A stretch of 63,113 bases of DNA, the filler included, from Conidiobolus incongruus B7586 (taxonomy: Eukaryota), in assembly GCA_000697335.1 (NCBI GenBank). It is 16 parts of 16 records of this genome, joined end to end, with 100 filler letters (N's around TTAATTAATTAA, not from the genome) between each part and the next. Parts side by side here need not be neighbours in the genome. Positions count along the whole stretch, not along the records: positions 51,920 to 56,989 come from JNEM01007247.1; positions 57,090 to 61,663 come from JNEM01007249.1; positions 61,764 to 63,113 come from JNEM01007250.1; 13 more parts are not named here. One strand, 5' to 3'. The notes under the pieces were generated by a model. It ran no database searches, was not told the DNA's origin, and was given only the letters and a program-made list of their open reading frames with translations. Within the stretch, counting starts at the first letter, position 1. Each line of letters starts with the position of its first letter. A program made the translations under genes and the position numbers. Shown here piece by piece: positions 51,820 to 63,113 of this stretch.

Positions 51820-53205
51820 NNNNNNNNNNNNNNNNNNNNNNNNNNNNNNNNNNNNNNNNNNNNTTAATTAATTAANNNNNNNNNNNNNNNNNNNNNNNNN
51901 NNNNNNNNNNNNNNNNNNNATTTTATTTAATTTTATATTTGGATATTTATGTTATTTAATATCTATATTAATATTATAGTTTATTTACTTTGTTAGTAAC
52001 CAGCATGGTGTTATTTCATTAATATTAATTTTTAATAATATCTTTTAATATATTTTAAAAATTGTTTTGTTTGGCATTTATAATAAAAATTATAATCATT
52101 AAGTTTAAAATTCCTTTGATTCTTTAGTAAAATAATTATATATTAATTCCATGAATCATTTATTTGAATAATATTTTAATCATATTAAGATTAACCATAT
52201 ATTTTTATTAATTTAAATTAGCTGTATTTTCATTCTTTTTATTTAATCCTTTATTAAAAGAAACTTCTTGTATTTTTGATTTTTAAATAATATACAATAT
52301 CCTTAAAGAAGGTTATAGATGGGTTAAGATAATAATGTAAAAGTGTTATTTTGTGGAAAAAAATATATAGGTGATATTGAATATTTTTTTATTTATATTA
52401 ATTTGGTTGATTGGAAATATAATATAGTTTAAGGTATGTAAATATTATATATTGCGTCTTGCAATTTTAAATTGATTAAACCATTATTCTAAATTGTATT
52501 CTGAAAGCCCTGTGTCGAAAGATATTACTTATATATCTTTATAGATAATCGATCTAATTTATTCTGAATAATATAATATTTCGATAAATGCTTTTTGTTC
52601 CATTTTGGTAATATTTGAAATTTCATATTTTTTACTCATTAATTTTTATTAAAGTTTATATAAGGAACTTTAATTATATAAAATATGATTATGATGAGCT
52701 GATAGAATATTGAATACTATTTCATATAATACTATAGTAATTTTTGATTAATTGAAATTCATGAAAAGTGATTGATTGGCATTTGCAATTTATTTATTGA
52801 TCCTTTGAATTTCTTAATTTGTGTTAAATGATAATGAATTTTCACTTAAACATTATTATACTCTGGATTTAAAGCTTAAAAATTGATATGATAATTATAG
52901 TCAAATCAATTTCAATGGTTATTAATTAATCTAATAGAGATCTGAATTCTTACTTCAAGCTGAAATCCCAAGTGTAAAAAATAATGATTTGATCATTTAT
53001 CAATATAATTAAATAATTAAAATCTAGTATATTTTCAGTAAGATCAAAATTATTAATGTTTGATTACTAAAAATTAAATCATAGATAAAATTTTTCCAAT
53101 CATGGAATTAAATTAGAAGATAATTTCTAATTATGATATAAATTTATGAGATTAATTTTGGAATCCAACTTTGTTGTATTAGTTTAGTATTTGACTGTAA
53201 TCAAA

Positions 53206-54283
53206 ATGGGAAAGAAAAATAAAAAAAAGCCAGTGCGTCCAAAGTGTTGGTAAGTTTAATAAGTCCAATTATTCTGATCAATGATTAATTTTTATATTAG
53301 GTATTGTGAGAGAGATTTTGAAGATGAAAAAATCTTAATTAATCATCAAAAGATGAAACATTTCAAGTGTGAAATTTGTAATAAGAAACTCAGTACCGCT
53401 GGTGGTTTGGTTGTACACGCTGCTCAAGTTCATAAAGAAACTATTTTAAAGTAATTTAATTCTCAATTTTATTTAACCTATATACTAATTTGTATTTCAT
53501 AGAGTCCCTAATGCAATTCCAGGCCGAGAATCAACCGAATATGAAATATATGGATTAGATGGCGTACCTCAGGAAAAGGAATCCGAAAACGCCTCTCAAT
53601 CCACTTCAAGTCAACCTTCTTTGGCTACTGCTCGATACAATGCGCAACCATATCCTGACCCTTATTATGGTTCCCAAGCCGCGTACTCTTCTTACGCCTA
53701 TCCCTCTGCTCAACCTCATGTTCCATACCCTTATCTCAACTATATGGCTCCCCCTCTTCCAATTCCATCTAATGGTTCCTATTATCCTCCTTCATATATA
53801 CCACCAACAAATCCTCCCATTCCTTCTTCTACTGTTTCAACTAAAACCGCCACAGCACCTTCTAAAGAAATCGGCATCTCTCCTCCTTCTTCATTGTCCT
53901 CTTCTGAAGGAAATTTACCACCAACCGCAAACTCAACTTCCATAGCATCCAATGCTTACTCAAATTCTAGAGTCGAATCTACAACAACGGGTGCTCCTAT
54001 TCAAGATTACTCACAAGATTGGAGAAATACCTCTAATCCTCCAAATTCTTCTTCGCAAAGACAAACCGTCTTGATATACTCTGACACTGAGTTATCAATG
54101 GTAGGTCTCTTAATTTTCATTTATTGCATTTAACTTACATATTCTCTTTAGGAAGAAAAGCGAGCCCAACTGGATAAATACCGTAGCGATGAAACTAGCA
54201 TTAAACGCAAAGCGGATCAACTTGATCAGTTAGTTGGATCTAAGCTAGCCAATCTTGGTAACCTGAATATTCAGCTTGCCTAA
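53206..54283 (+). CDS. ZNF207: BuGZ/ZNF207-family C2H2 zinc-finger protein, 4 exons
   Basis: Spliced [45 protein letters not shown]...[17 protein letters not shown]...EIYGLDGVP, a Pro/Tyr-rich middle, and a GLEBS-like [15 protein letters not shown]. Confidence 0.92.
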
Positions 54284-57200
54284 ACTTTGTCTATCATATT
54301 TAAGAAATGTTCAATGTATTTTCACCACCAAGTTAGTATTATCGAAGATTTAAATTTTTACTTCTATTTGATTTGGTTAACTTAACTTCTGTCTGCTTAT
54401 ATTTCAGGATTTAATTACTACATGGATTTGAATGGTGAACCGAGTTGGTGAATTTTACTTCACACTACCATTGGCCCGAGGTATGTTATATGTATAATGA
54501 TCCATTAATTTAAATATCTTCGAATGTAAATTTCCGAGTATTCACTCGTTAATTTGACCTTCAAAATTTTAGTCCCTTTACGAATCTTGGACTTCTGTGG
54601 TATGAATTTTTATATAAAACTGAGGTAGGCTTTAATTCTACCATATACATATATCTATTCATCTATCTTAATCTTTTTATTTTAATTATCACTTTTGCAT
54701 CCTTCCTAATTCTTTTATGGTAAGAGTGTTTAAGGTAGTACTCAATCCCTTATTGCTAATCATAAATTCAGCTCTCTGTAACTTTATTTTTATTATAATC
54801 TGATACGTATAATATATCAAAAACTAAAACATTAAAATTTAAATATTTTTATTACTTACGTTATTGATTAGTTAAACGATATTTTTATCAACTTTTGTAA
54901 TCAGTGTTTTTTTAAACTATTTTTACACTATTATTTTTACCTAATATTTTAACTTAGTTTATCAAATTTAATCTTTTTATTCCTCAATATTTTAGATCAT
55001 TTTCAACTTATTTTTATTATAAACTATATTTGAATAGTTAAATACTATTAATTTTTTTATAATATTGTAAAATATTATTTTAAAACTAATAAAATTAATA
55101 AATCTTTAATTGATTCATTTATATATTTATCTGCTACTAGAACTAATTTTCACCAGAAATATTATTTTTAATTTTAATAAATTTACAATAATGACACTGA
55201 ATATATAATAATTTCACAAACAGTGCTCTCACTAAATTTTCTTTAATGGTTATTGATTTATGCAATTCAGCTAGCATAGTTGAATTAAATAATCAAAATG
55301 TCCATTATTATGAATCATGATTAGTATTCTTAATAATTTGACTCAATTTTATTTTAATATTTATATATTTTATATTTACTATGTTATATCGATATTCATT
55401 AATCTAAAATCATTAATTTTTCTTTTTATCATACTTTTGTTACATCCTGGAAATTAACTCATCAGTTACTAAAACAAATCAAATCTCTCGCTCAGTCTAT
55501 ATATAATTATCCAGTTTTTTATTATAATATGCTCCATTTTGAAACATAATTAAAAGAATTATATAATATAATTTTTTAATAATTTATATTTAAGAAACAG
55601 TTATTTGAATTATTATTGAATCAATATATTTTTATGTGATATATTTGAATTTTTTAATATCAGAGATATATCTTTTATTTAATTTTTAAATATATAACTC
55701 CTATATTTCTAATAACGCTTTAATAGTAACTCTATCTGATATTTTGGCCCATTCACTATTTTCTAATATATATTCAATTCCAATCTTTTTTGAGCAAATA
55801 CTTTAAATCATATAACATTTTTACTGATATAATTTCAATAAATAACCCATACTCACTAGTATATATTTTTATATCATTATTCTACAATCTCTCGAAATTT
55901 TCAAACATCTATCCATAATTCTAACTAATCCACCTTTTGGTATGAGATAATTTCATTTTTTTTTACTTTTGTTCCTATATATATTTGTATATTATTTTTT
56001 AAAAATTAATAAGGTAGTTATCTTTATTATAACTATTGAATTCTTAATGATAAAAATATATTCTTTTTGAATTTCTTTGTTGTTTATCAATATAATTCAT
56101 TTATATATAATCTTATTTAATTTTATAAATTTTATATAATATTTTATTGCCAATATCAAACTACATAAATTGATTTCATTGAATTTGATATATCATCTAT
56201 CCTTTATTTTTTTTATCTAATAAATATTAAATTAATAATAAAATTTCATATAATATAAAAATCATTATTGTTATTATATTTTATTTTTAATACTGCCTTT
56301 ATTATATAATTTTTAAAAAAATATTTTTTTTATTATAAGCAATTAATTATATAATATCTATTAATATCAAAATTATGAGTTATTATTATTTTCTTTAAAT
56401 CTTAAATCTTAAATTATATTTAAAATATCAAAGTTTAATATTACCTCAAAATTAAAAAAAATAACCTTTTAACTTCTAACTTTTATAATATATTATTAAC
56501 CTCAAAATAACTATATATAAAATAAATAGAAAAATATATTTTTTATTTATATATATCAAAAAAAATTATATTAATTTCATTAAATAATTAATTATTCAAA
56601 ATATATTAATAACTTAATTATATATAAATTAATCAATAATTATTAAAAGCTTGTTATTTTAACATAAATAAAACTAAATTATAAACTTTTTAAATTTTTT
56701 CAAATTTTTAAATAATATATAAAAATAAGATTTTATTTAAAAAAGCCATAAGTTTTAAGTTAAATTATTTTAAAATTAAAATATTATTATTTAATTCTTT
56801 AATATAATTTAAGTAAATAATTTTAACTTATATTTTTTGAATTATTAATAAAATAAAAAAATATATTGAAAACCATTTTTTTAATTTAATATCCATTAAT
56901 AATATTAAAATTATTTCAAATTATTTACTATCTTTATATTAGATTAATTCCTAATTTAATTGCATTTTGATTTAATTTTATCCTTAATTNNNNNNNNNNN
57001 NNNNNNNNNNNNNNNNNNNNNNNNNNNNNNNNNTTAATTAATTAANNNNNNNNNNNNNNNNNNNNNNNNNNNNNNNNNNNNNNNNNNNNATTTTTAAAAT
57101 TTTGATAAATATATCAAAATTCATAATATTACATTTACCTAAAACTATTATATTATTTAGAAATATTCAAATACTAGAGTAATAGAATATATTATGATTT

Positions 57201-58861
57201 TGATATATAGCAAATATATTGATTTAATAGTTTATTTATATATAGTTTTTAATTTTACTTGATTGTTGATTAGACAAAGTTTTAATTAATAGTTCATATT
57301 AAAATTAAATTATAATAATTTTTATTAAATCATTTAACTAGTATTTCAAAATATTATTAATATATAGTTATTTGAAATAACAAAGAGTATCAAATTTGAT
57401 TTCAATTTCATATTTTAAATATTTTAAAAATAATTAAAATTATATATTATATTATTTTAGTATATGTTAATTTATATATATTTTTTATTAATAGAGTCAG
57501 TTAATGATATAAGAACAGTAAATTTCGTAAAAAATAGACTTAATAAATGAGGATATTTAATAAGATACAATGATATCTAATATTTAGACAAAATCAATAT
57601 AATGAACATTATTGAAATATTATAATAAAGTTATAATAACTATTTAATTTCCGAAATTTGTAAACTAACAGTAATCTACAAGAATTCTTTAGTAAAATAG
57701 CTTATTTAAAATTTATTGTTTTAAATATTGAGTTATGTGAAATATAATATAATTTGAATTAGTATAGAACAAAATCGTCAAGAAACTTATATATCATAGT
57801 AATGTTGAATATAGAAACTCTGATTAATTTATCAAAGTCTGTTCTATTGAATTATGAATAATCTGTTTTATATTATTTTATTTTGGTTAATTTATCTTAA
57901 ATATGATATATATTAAATATTCCATATCAATATAATTTAAATAATGTTTCTTATATTTGGATTGAGTAGTGAAAATATGATGAAACCTGCAGAAATATTG
58001 ATAATATTTAGAATATATTTTTCTTATAATATTTAACAATTTTGATAGTATTTTTATGATTTCGATAACTTATTATAGGTGACTTCAAAATTATATAAGT
58101 ATATAAATTCATGTATGTTAATGAATTAATACTTATAAAACATAATGACAAAACCAATTCAGAATTAATTAAATATTAAAACTGGCTTAAAATACTACAA
58201 TTATTTCAAAAATTATTACATTTAATTTGTTTAATTTTAATGAAAATTGTTGATCATTTTTTTACAACAAATCTATAGTATCAATATATCCCGATTGACT
58301 GAAATAACTTAAAATATGTATTCTTTGAGCCATTTATATTGAAAATACATCACAAAAAAATTCAAAAGTCCACCTACCAAAATCTTACTCAAATATCAAC
58401 AATATATTTCGAAATTTTAATTCTTATTTTTCCAGAATTTAATTTACTTTCAATTCTAAAAAAAAACATTTGATTCAAAAATATTGAAATCAAATTCTCT
58501 CACCAAATTTGTCAAGATTACCAAATTAGGGATAGTATTAATAGTCACAATTTTATATAATTAAGTTTGAATCGGATAAATAATTATAATTTAGGTAATT
58601 GTTATTATTAGTTAAATTGAGTTTAGGTGGTTTAATAAAGCATACTAGTATTTCAACAGAACTTTGGACAATTAACATAATCAAATATAATAGTTCAATT
58701 GAATTATTTTTAGTTTTACCTTCACTTATTCTTGATTAATTTATCCCATAAATAATTAATTCCCATCAAATTTAGATAATCAATGATCCAATATCATGCT
58801 CAAAGATCAATTTAAAATTATTATAAACAAAAAATAAAAAATATAAAAATAAAAAATATAT

Positions 58862-60691
58862 ATGGAACAAATAAAAAGGCCATGTAATAACTGTCGAAGA
58901 AAGAGGATAAGATGCAATAGAGGCATACCGAGCTGTCAGAGGTGCTACGAGAGTAAGTTAAAGTGTGAGTACCCGCCTCCGACTCAAGCGAATTCGAGGA
59001 GTAGGGACAAGAAGGAATGGAACCAAAATTATAAGGTGTTTAAGATGAAGTCCAACGATATTAACATAACTCAAATAAATTGTGATAAAATTGTAACTTC
59101 ATTAGAAGAAGGCTTTAACACTTTAAATACTATATCCGAAAACCCCCCAAAAATTAATAAACTTGGGAAAATGGTGGACACATTCGAAAAATTAATTATT
59201 TACTATAGTCGAGAGCCCGAAAGTAATAGGCTATCGCCGGGGAGTTTAAGAGATCCTGAAAAATTGATGAAATTAGCTTTAACGTCTTTTAGAAATTCGC
59301 TACCGATGTGGGGATCTTCAACTTTTCGTAATAAGTTCGCCAACACGAGTATTGAAGTGTTGTTGGAGTCGTTGAATATTAACGAACCACCAAAGTGGGA
59401 GGGGGATGGGTGTGTTTTGTGTCCGGATACTGTATTGTGGACTAGATTATTCAACCAGACCGTGTTTAAACTTCACTTGATCGATTTATATTTTACCTAT
59501 GCACATCCATTCAATCCATGCATGAGTAAATCCAAATTTTATGATAAGTTACACTTATGTCCCCCGCATTTGATGAGTGCTGTATGCTTTGGAGGCTACC
59601 AGCACCATCCACTATATGATTTGCACCTGTGGCAGTATTTGTATAAAATTGCTTTGGATAATATTAGAAATGCAATGTACCAAGTGAGATTATCGAGTGT
59701 TCAAGCAGCTCTCATAATCTGTAGAGCAATTATTCACTGGGGTAAGTTAACGGATGGCTGGACTTTACTGGGCCAAGGTATTCGCATGGCACATGCTTTG
59801 GGCCTCCACATTTTGCCAAAGGCTGAAAATTCTAAATCTATAATGGACTACGAAAAGAGTTTGACTTGGAGTATGTGTCTACGTTTGCAATACAGTTTTA
59901 ACAATGGCAAACGACGACCCCCGCTCATAGAACATCCGTATTCCCCAATACCCTCTGATATTACATCGGATGAAAGGTGTATTGCTAAATGCAATTCGCC
60001 ACCGAGTCAAACCCTCCTCAACCTAAATCACCACTATCAAAACATTTTCAATCAAATTACCACGAAGCATGACAATTTGGAAGCGTTGTTAATTATGGTG
60101 AATTTTCAAATCGAAAGGAGATACATTTTGCCACTTCGAGACGCTTTCCTGCTACTTAAACATCGTCATGCCAATTCCGAATTGGATAACGATATGTTAC
60201 TAACCCATCAACACGATCTCTATCTCCAAATCACACGAGTACACCTCATTACTACGAAACTGTACACCCATATCAAATCCATCTACCCTCACGAATGGGC
60301 TCTAACCCGTATTCAGACATTCCAAAGCAATTACCTCGTGATTTATTACTCCTTTATCAATTATCTATTCACACTTAGCTTCCCATCGTCCTCATCCTCA
60401 TCTTTATCATCCGAATTCGACCCAATCCTTCAACTTCTCACCTCCACAGAACAAATCATCAGCATACTTTCAAACCTTCCACCCCAAATGATTGACTACA
60501 GGTACTACAATTGTTTTATTTGTTGTTTGAATTGTGTCCAGTTGGTCAATCAGTTTGATCCCGAAAGTAAGTTAAAGCTTAGGAATTTATTGACGTTGGC
60601 TAGAAGGTTGTTTGATGGTGTATTGAATAAGTTTCAAACTTTGGAATTGAGTTGGAAGATTTTAGTGCGGACTGTGGATAATGCGATTTGA
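58862..60691 (+). CDS. Zn(II)2Cys6 fungal transcription factor with a fungal TF middle-homology region
   Basis: CNNCRRKRIRC-x6-CQRC-x6-C cluster. Also LIDLYFTYAHPFNP and WTLLGQGIRMAHALGLH. Intronless, 609 aa. Confidence 0.95.
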   Translation: MEQIKRPCNNCRRKRIRCNRGIPSCQRCYESKLKCEYPPPTQANSRSRDKKEWNQNYKVFKMKSNDINITQINCDKIVTSLEEGFNTLNTISENPPKINKLGKMVDTFEKLIIYYSREPESNRLSPGSLRDPEKLMKLALTSFRNSLPMWGSSTFRNKFANTSIEVLLESLNINEPPKWEGDGCVLCPDTVLWTRLFNQTVFKLHLIDLYFTYAHPFNPCMSKSKFYDKLHLCPPHLMSAVCFGGYQHHPLYDLHLWQYLYKIALDNIRNAMYQVRLSSVQAALIICRAIIHWGKLTDGWTLLGQGIRMAHALGLHILPKAENSKSIMDYEKSLTWSMCLRLQYSFNNGKRRPPLIEHPYSPIPSDITSDERCIAKCNSPPSQTLLNLNHHYQNIFNQITTKHDNLEALLIMVNFQIERRYILPLRDAFLLLKHRHANSELDNDMLLTHQHDLYLQITRVHLITTKLYTHIKSIYPHEWALTRIQTFQSNYLVIYYSFINYLFTLSFPSSSSSSLSSEFDPILQLLTSTEQIISILSNLPPQMIDYRYYNCFICCLNCVQLVNQFDPESKLKLRNLLTLARRLFDGVLNKFQTLELSWKILVRTVDNAI

Positions 60692-61221
60692 ATTTTGGTA
60701 GTGGAATTTTCATCGAATTATATTGGATTACTTACTAGAAAGTTGTTTTCATCATTTTGGGCTATTGTATTTGTAATTTTAGAATTTTGCTAATTTTGAG
60801 ATAAATAAATTTAATATTTAATATGAAATATTTTTAGTGTAATTTTTACAATTATTTGAAAGGAAATATTTTTTTGAAAATTATTCCAATTTTAATTTTA
60901 TTTTATTTTATTAACTTAAATATAAGTTTGAAAATTTCAATTATTTTCAAAATTCAATTGTATTAATATATATTAACCTTAAATTTATTATAATATTTTA
61001 ATATATAATCATCCTTAATACTTTATATCAAATTTAATTAATCTGGCCAAGGTTGCTATTATCATTATATATTTATACTAAATGATTTTAGATTGCTAAT
61101 TATGATTTTAATATTGGACCATAGTAGGAGATAAATTTCTCCATATATTTCTACTTAAATATATATAATTAATAAATCAAGTTTTACATTTAGATTAATA
61201 TATCAAATTATTCTCTTTTTA

Positions 61222-61663
61222 TATTATTTGTGCAAAAATTAAATAATGGTATAATTTTAAAATTAAAATTAAATAAATAAATTGATAAATAAAATATTAA
61301 ATTTAATAAACAGTATAAAATAATATTCTCTTTTATTATTAATAACTTTATTCTATATTCTTGGTAAACTTTCAATACCTAAAAAATAGTTTTTTTTATT
61401 TAAGACTAATATTTGATATTTTACAAACTAATTTAATTTGTAAGAATTTTTTTCTTGTAAATTTGTTTTTTAATTATCTAAAACAATTAAAATCATATAA
61501 GTTATAATCTAAAGAATATATTAAATATAATAGTTTTTAAAATTATTTTTGATTTCAAATTTTTTTAACTTTAATTTTAATTTTATATAATTTATAATTT
61601 CCATGCAAAATAATAGGTTATTAAATTATATTAAAAATACCAATTAAAAATAATTTTATATAA
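61222..61663 (-). mobile_element. Degraded mariner 3' fragment
   Basis: Colinear with 8250-8640 plus a TIR remnant. Boundaries approximate. Confidence 0.7.
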
Positions 61664-61763
61664 NNNNNNNNNNNNNNNNNNNNNNNNNNNNNNNNNNNNN
61701 NNNNNNNTTAATTAATTAANNNNNNNNNNNNNNNNNNNNNNNNNNNNNNNNNNNNNNNNNNNN

Positions 61764-63113
61764 ACTAACTATATTTGATTATATTTTATTAACTATTGGT
61801 TAATATATCAAAACCTAAAATTTAACCAAAATGAGTTATAAATTTTTAAGTTTATATATTAAAAGGGTATAAATAATAAAACATATATATCTTCTTTTTT
61901 AATTATATTATATATATTATAACACTATTAAGTTAATATTTTAAAATTAATATTATAATGCTTAAATTTCTTTCTAAAAAAATTTACTTATATATTAATC
62001 AACTTTATAATAAAAATAAATCAACTTATAAGATTGTTAGAATTACTAATGTTAGCTAATCTATTATAACTAGGGTTATTAGGAACAATATTAAAAAAAC
62101 ACTTAAATTAAAATTTAAATATATTAAAATTATAGTTAAATATAATAAAAAGTATATTTATAGATTAGTTAATATAAATAAATATAATAGTATTATAAAA
62201 ATATAACAAGAATTATAAGACTATACAAGAATATTAGTTAGTATTAATACTATTATATATACTTTATATTAGAAGAGATACCATTTACATTTTAAGAAAA
62301 AACACCTCTAATTAAAAAAATCTTATTATAAAGTTAAGCAAGAGTTCAAATGTTAATATTAAAGTTGAATTAAAATTAACTAAAGTTATTTAATCTAATG
62401 AAACAAAGATATATCTTAATAAATCTAATAGAAGAGTTAGATATTTTAAAAAAATAAAAAACTACTTTATAACTATTATATTATTATAACCTAAAAATAC
62501 AATGTTAGGTTAATTATAATTTAAGGATATATATTATCTTTAAATGTAAAATATCTTTATAAGGTTGATAGAGGAGTTAATATTAAGATATATTAAAGTA
62601 TTTTAAATAATAAATTGAATAAACTATTAAGTGATATAAATTAAATAAATTAAATATTATTTTCTAGCAAGATAATATCTTTTTTTATAAATTAAATTTT
62701 ATTATTAAATAGCTTAAAAATAACAAAATAACTATTATAAAATAACCTCCTTAATTTTTTAATTTAACTTAATTAAAAATCTTTAAAATTAACTAAAAAA
62801 ATTAATTAATGCTTTTCCCCCAACAAAAAATTTGAATCAACTTTAGGAGTATATTTAAGAAGCTTAGAATAATATTAGTTTTGTTTAATATAAGAAGTTA
62901 ATTAACTTTATACCCTATAAACTTAAAAAAGTTAAAAAAACAAAAGGTAGATAAACTAGATATTAATTTTTCTATTAATATTAAAACTTGTAAATTTATA
63001 ACTTATCTTAAGTATATTTTTAGTTTTAATATATCAATTAATAATTAATTAAATTTAATTTTATATATTATATTAAAAATAAAAATTATATATTATTTAT
63101 ATAATTTAATATA
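61764..63113 (+). mobile_element. Degraded or diverged Tc1-like family B copy
   Basis: Colinear with ~4960-6280. Retains F*QDN and the inner DR (AAATGAGTTATAAATTT). Confidence 0.85.

Noticed and set aside
55200..56000. Possible decayed minus-strand gene
   Set aside because: Short protein-like stretches only, with many stops and no identifiable family.
40232..59454. Short overlapping or antisense ORFs within MYG1, NudE, Prx5, the giant repeat gene, ZNF207 and the Zn2Cys6 gene
   Set aside because: They lie inside well-supported genes and show no independent protein features.
4357..61763. TTAATTAATTAA motif recurring 15 times within N runs (gaps starting at 4357, 6545, 8144, 9470, 13402, 16756, 18566, 21124, 26280, 31710, 33632, 35920, 51820, 56990, 61664)
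   Set aside because: Identical 100-nt spacers with stops in all six frames. This is an artificial contig linker, not a biological repeat or CRISPR array.

Overview
Very AT-rich eukaryotic scaffold from a fungus: it has a Zn2Cys6 transcription factor, a TYR1-type prephenate dehydrogenase and short ~45-75 nt GT-AG introns. An early-diverging lineage such as Entomophthoromycotina is my inference only. The window is 16 contigs joined by artificial 100-nt N/TTAATTAATTAA/N spacers, so adjacency across gaps is uncertain. Roughly 1-21.7 kb, 26.4-27.2 kb, 31-37.4 kb and 61-63 kb are a nested transposon graveyard: a 1.3-kb DD34D mariner family plus a MITE derivative, a 1.57-kb DD34E Tc1 family with IR/DR ends, and decayed Ty3- and copia-like fragments. 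The full-length copies keep largely colinear reading frames but are saturated with C>T/G>A transitions and lack CpG, a RIP-like signature that single-copy genes and the 322-bp MITE largely escape. Gene islands hold TYR1, tRNA-Cys(GCA), a LEA_2-type membrane protein, acyl-protein thioesterase, MYG1, a UCH deubiquitinase, NudE, peroxiredoxin-5, BuGZ/ZNF207 and a Zn2Cys6 TF. The most unusual items are the repeat-targeted hypermutation, a >1800-aa intronless secreted protein built from 17 copies of a ~103-aa helical domain I do not recognise, and a GC-richer cassette beside the tRNA. That cassette contains a multi-hairpin RNA-like segment, an orphan ORF with two KR sites and a 57-bp tandem array.
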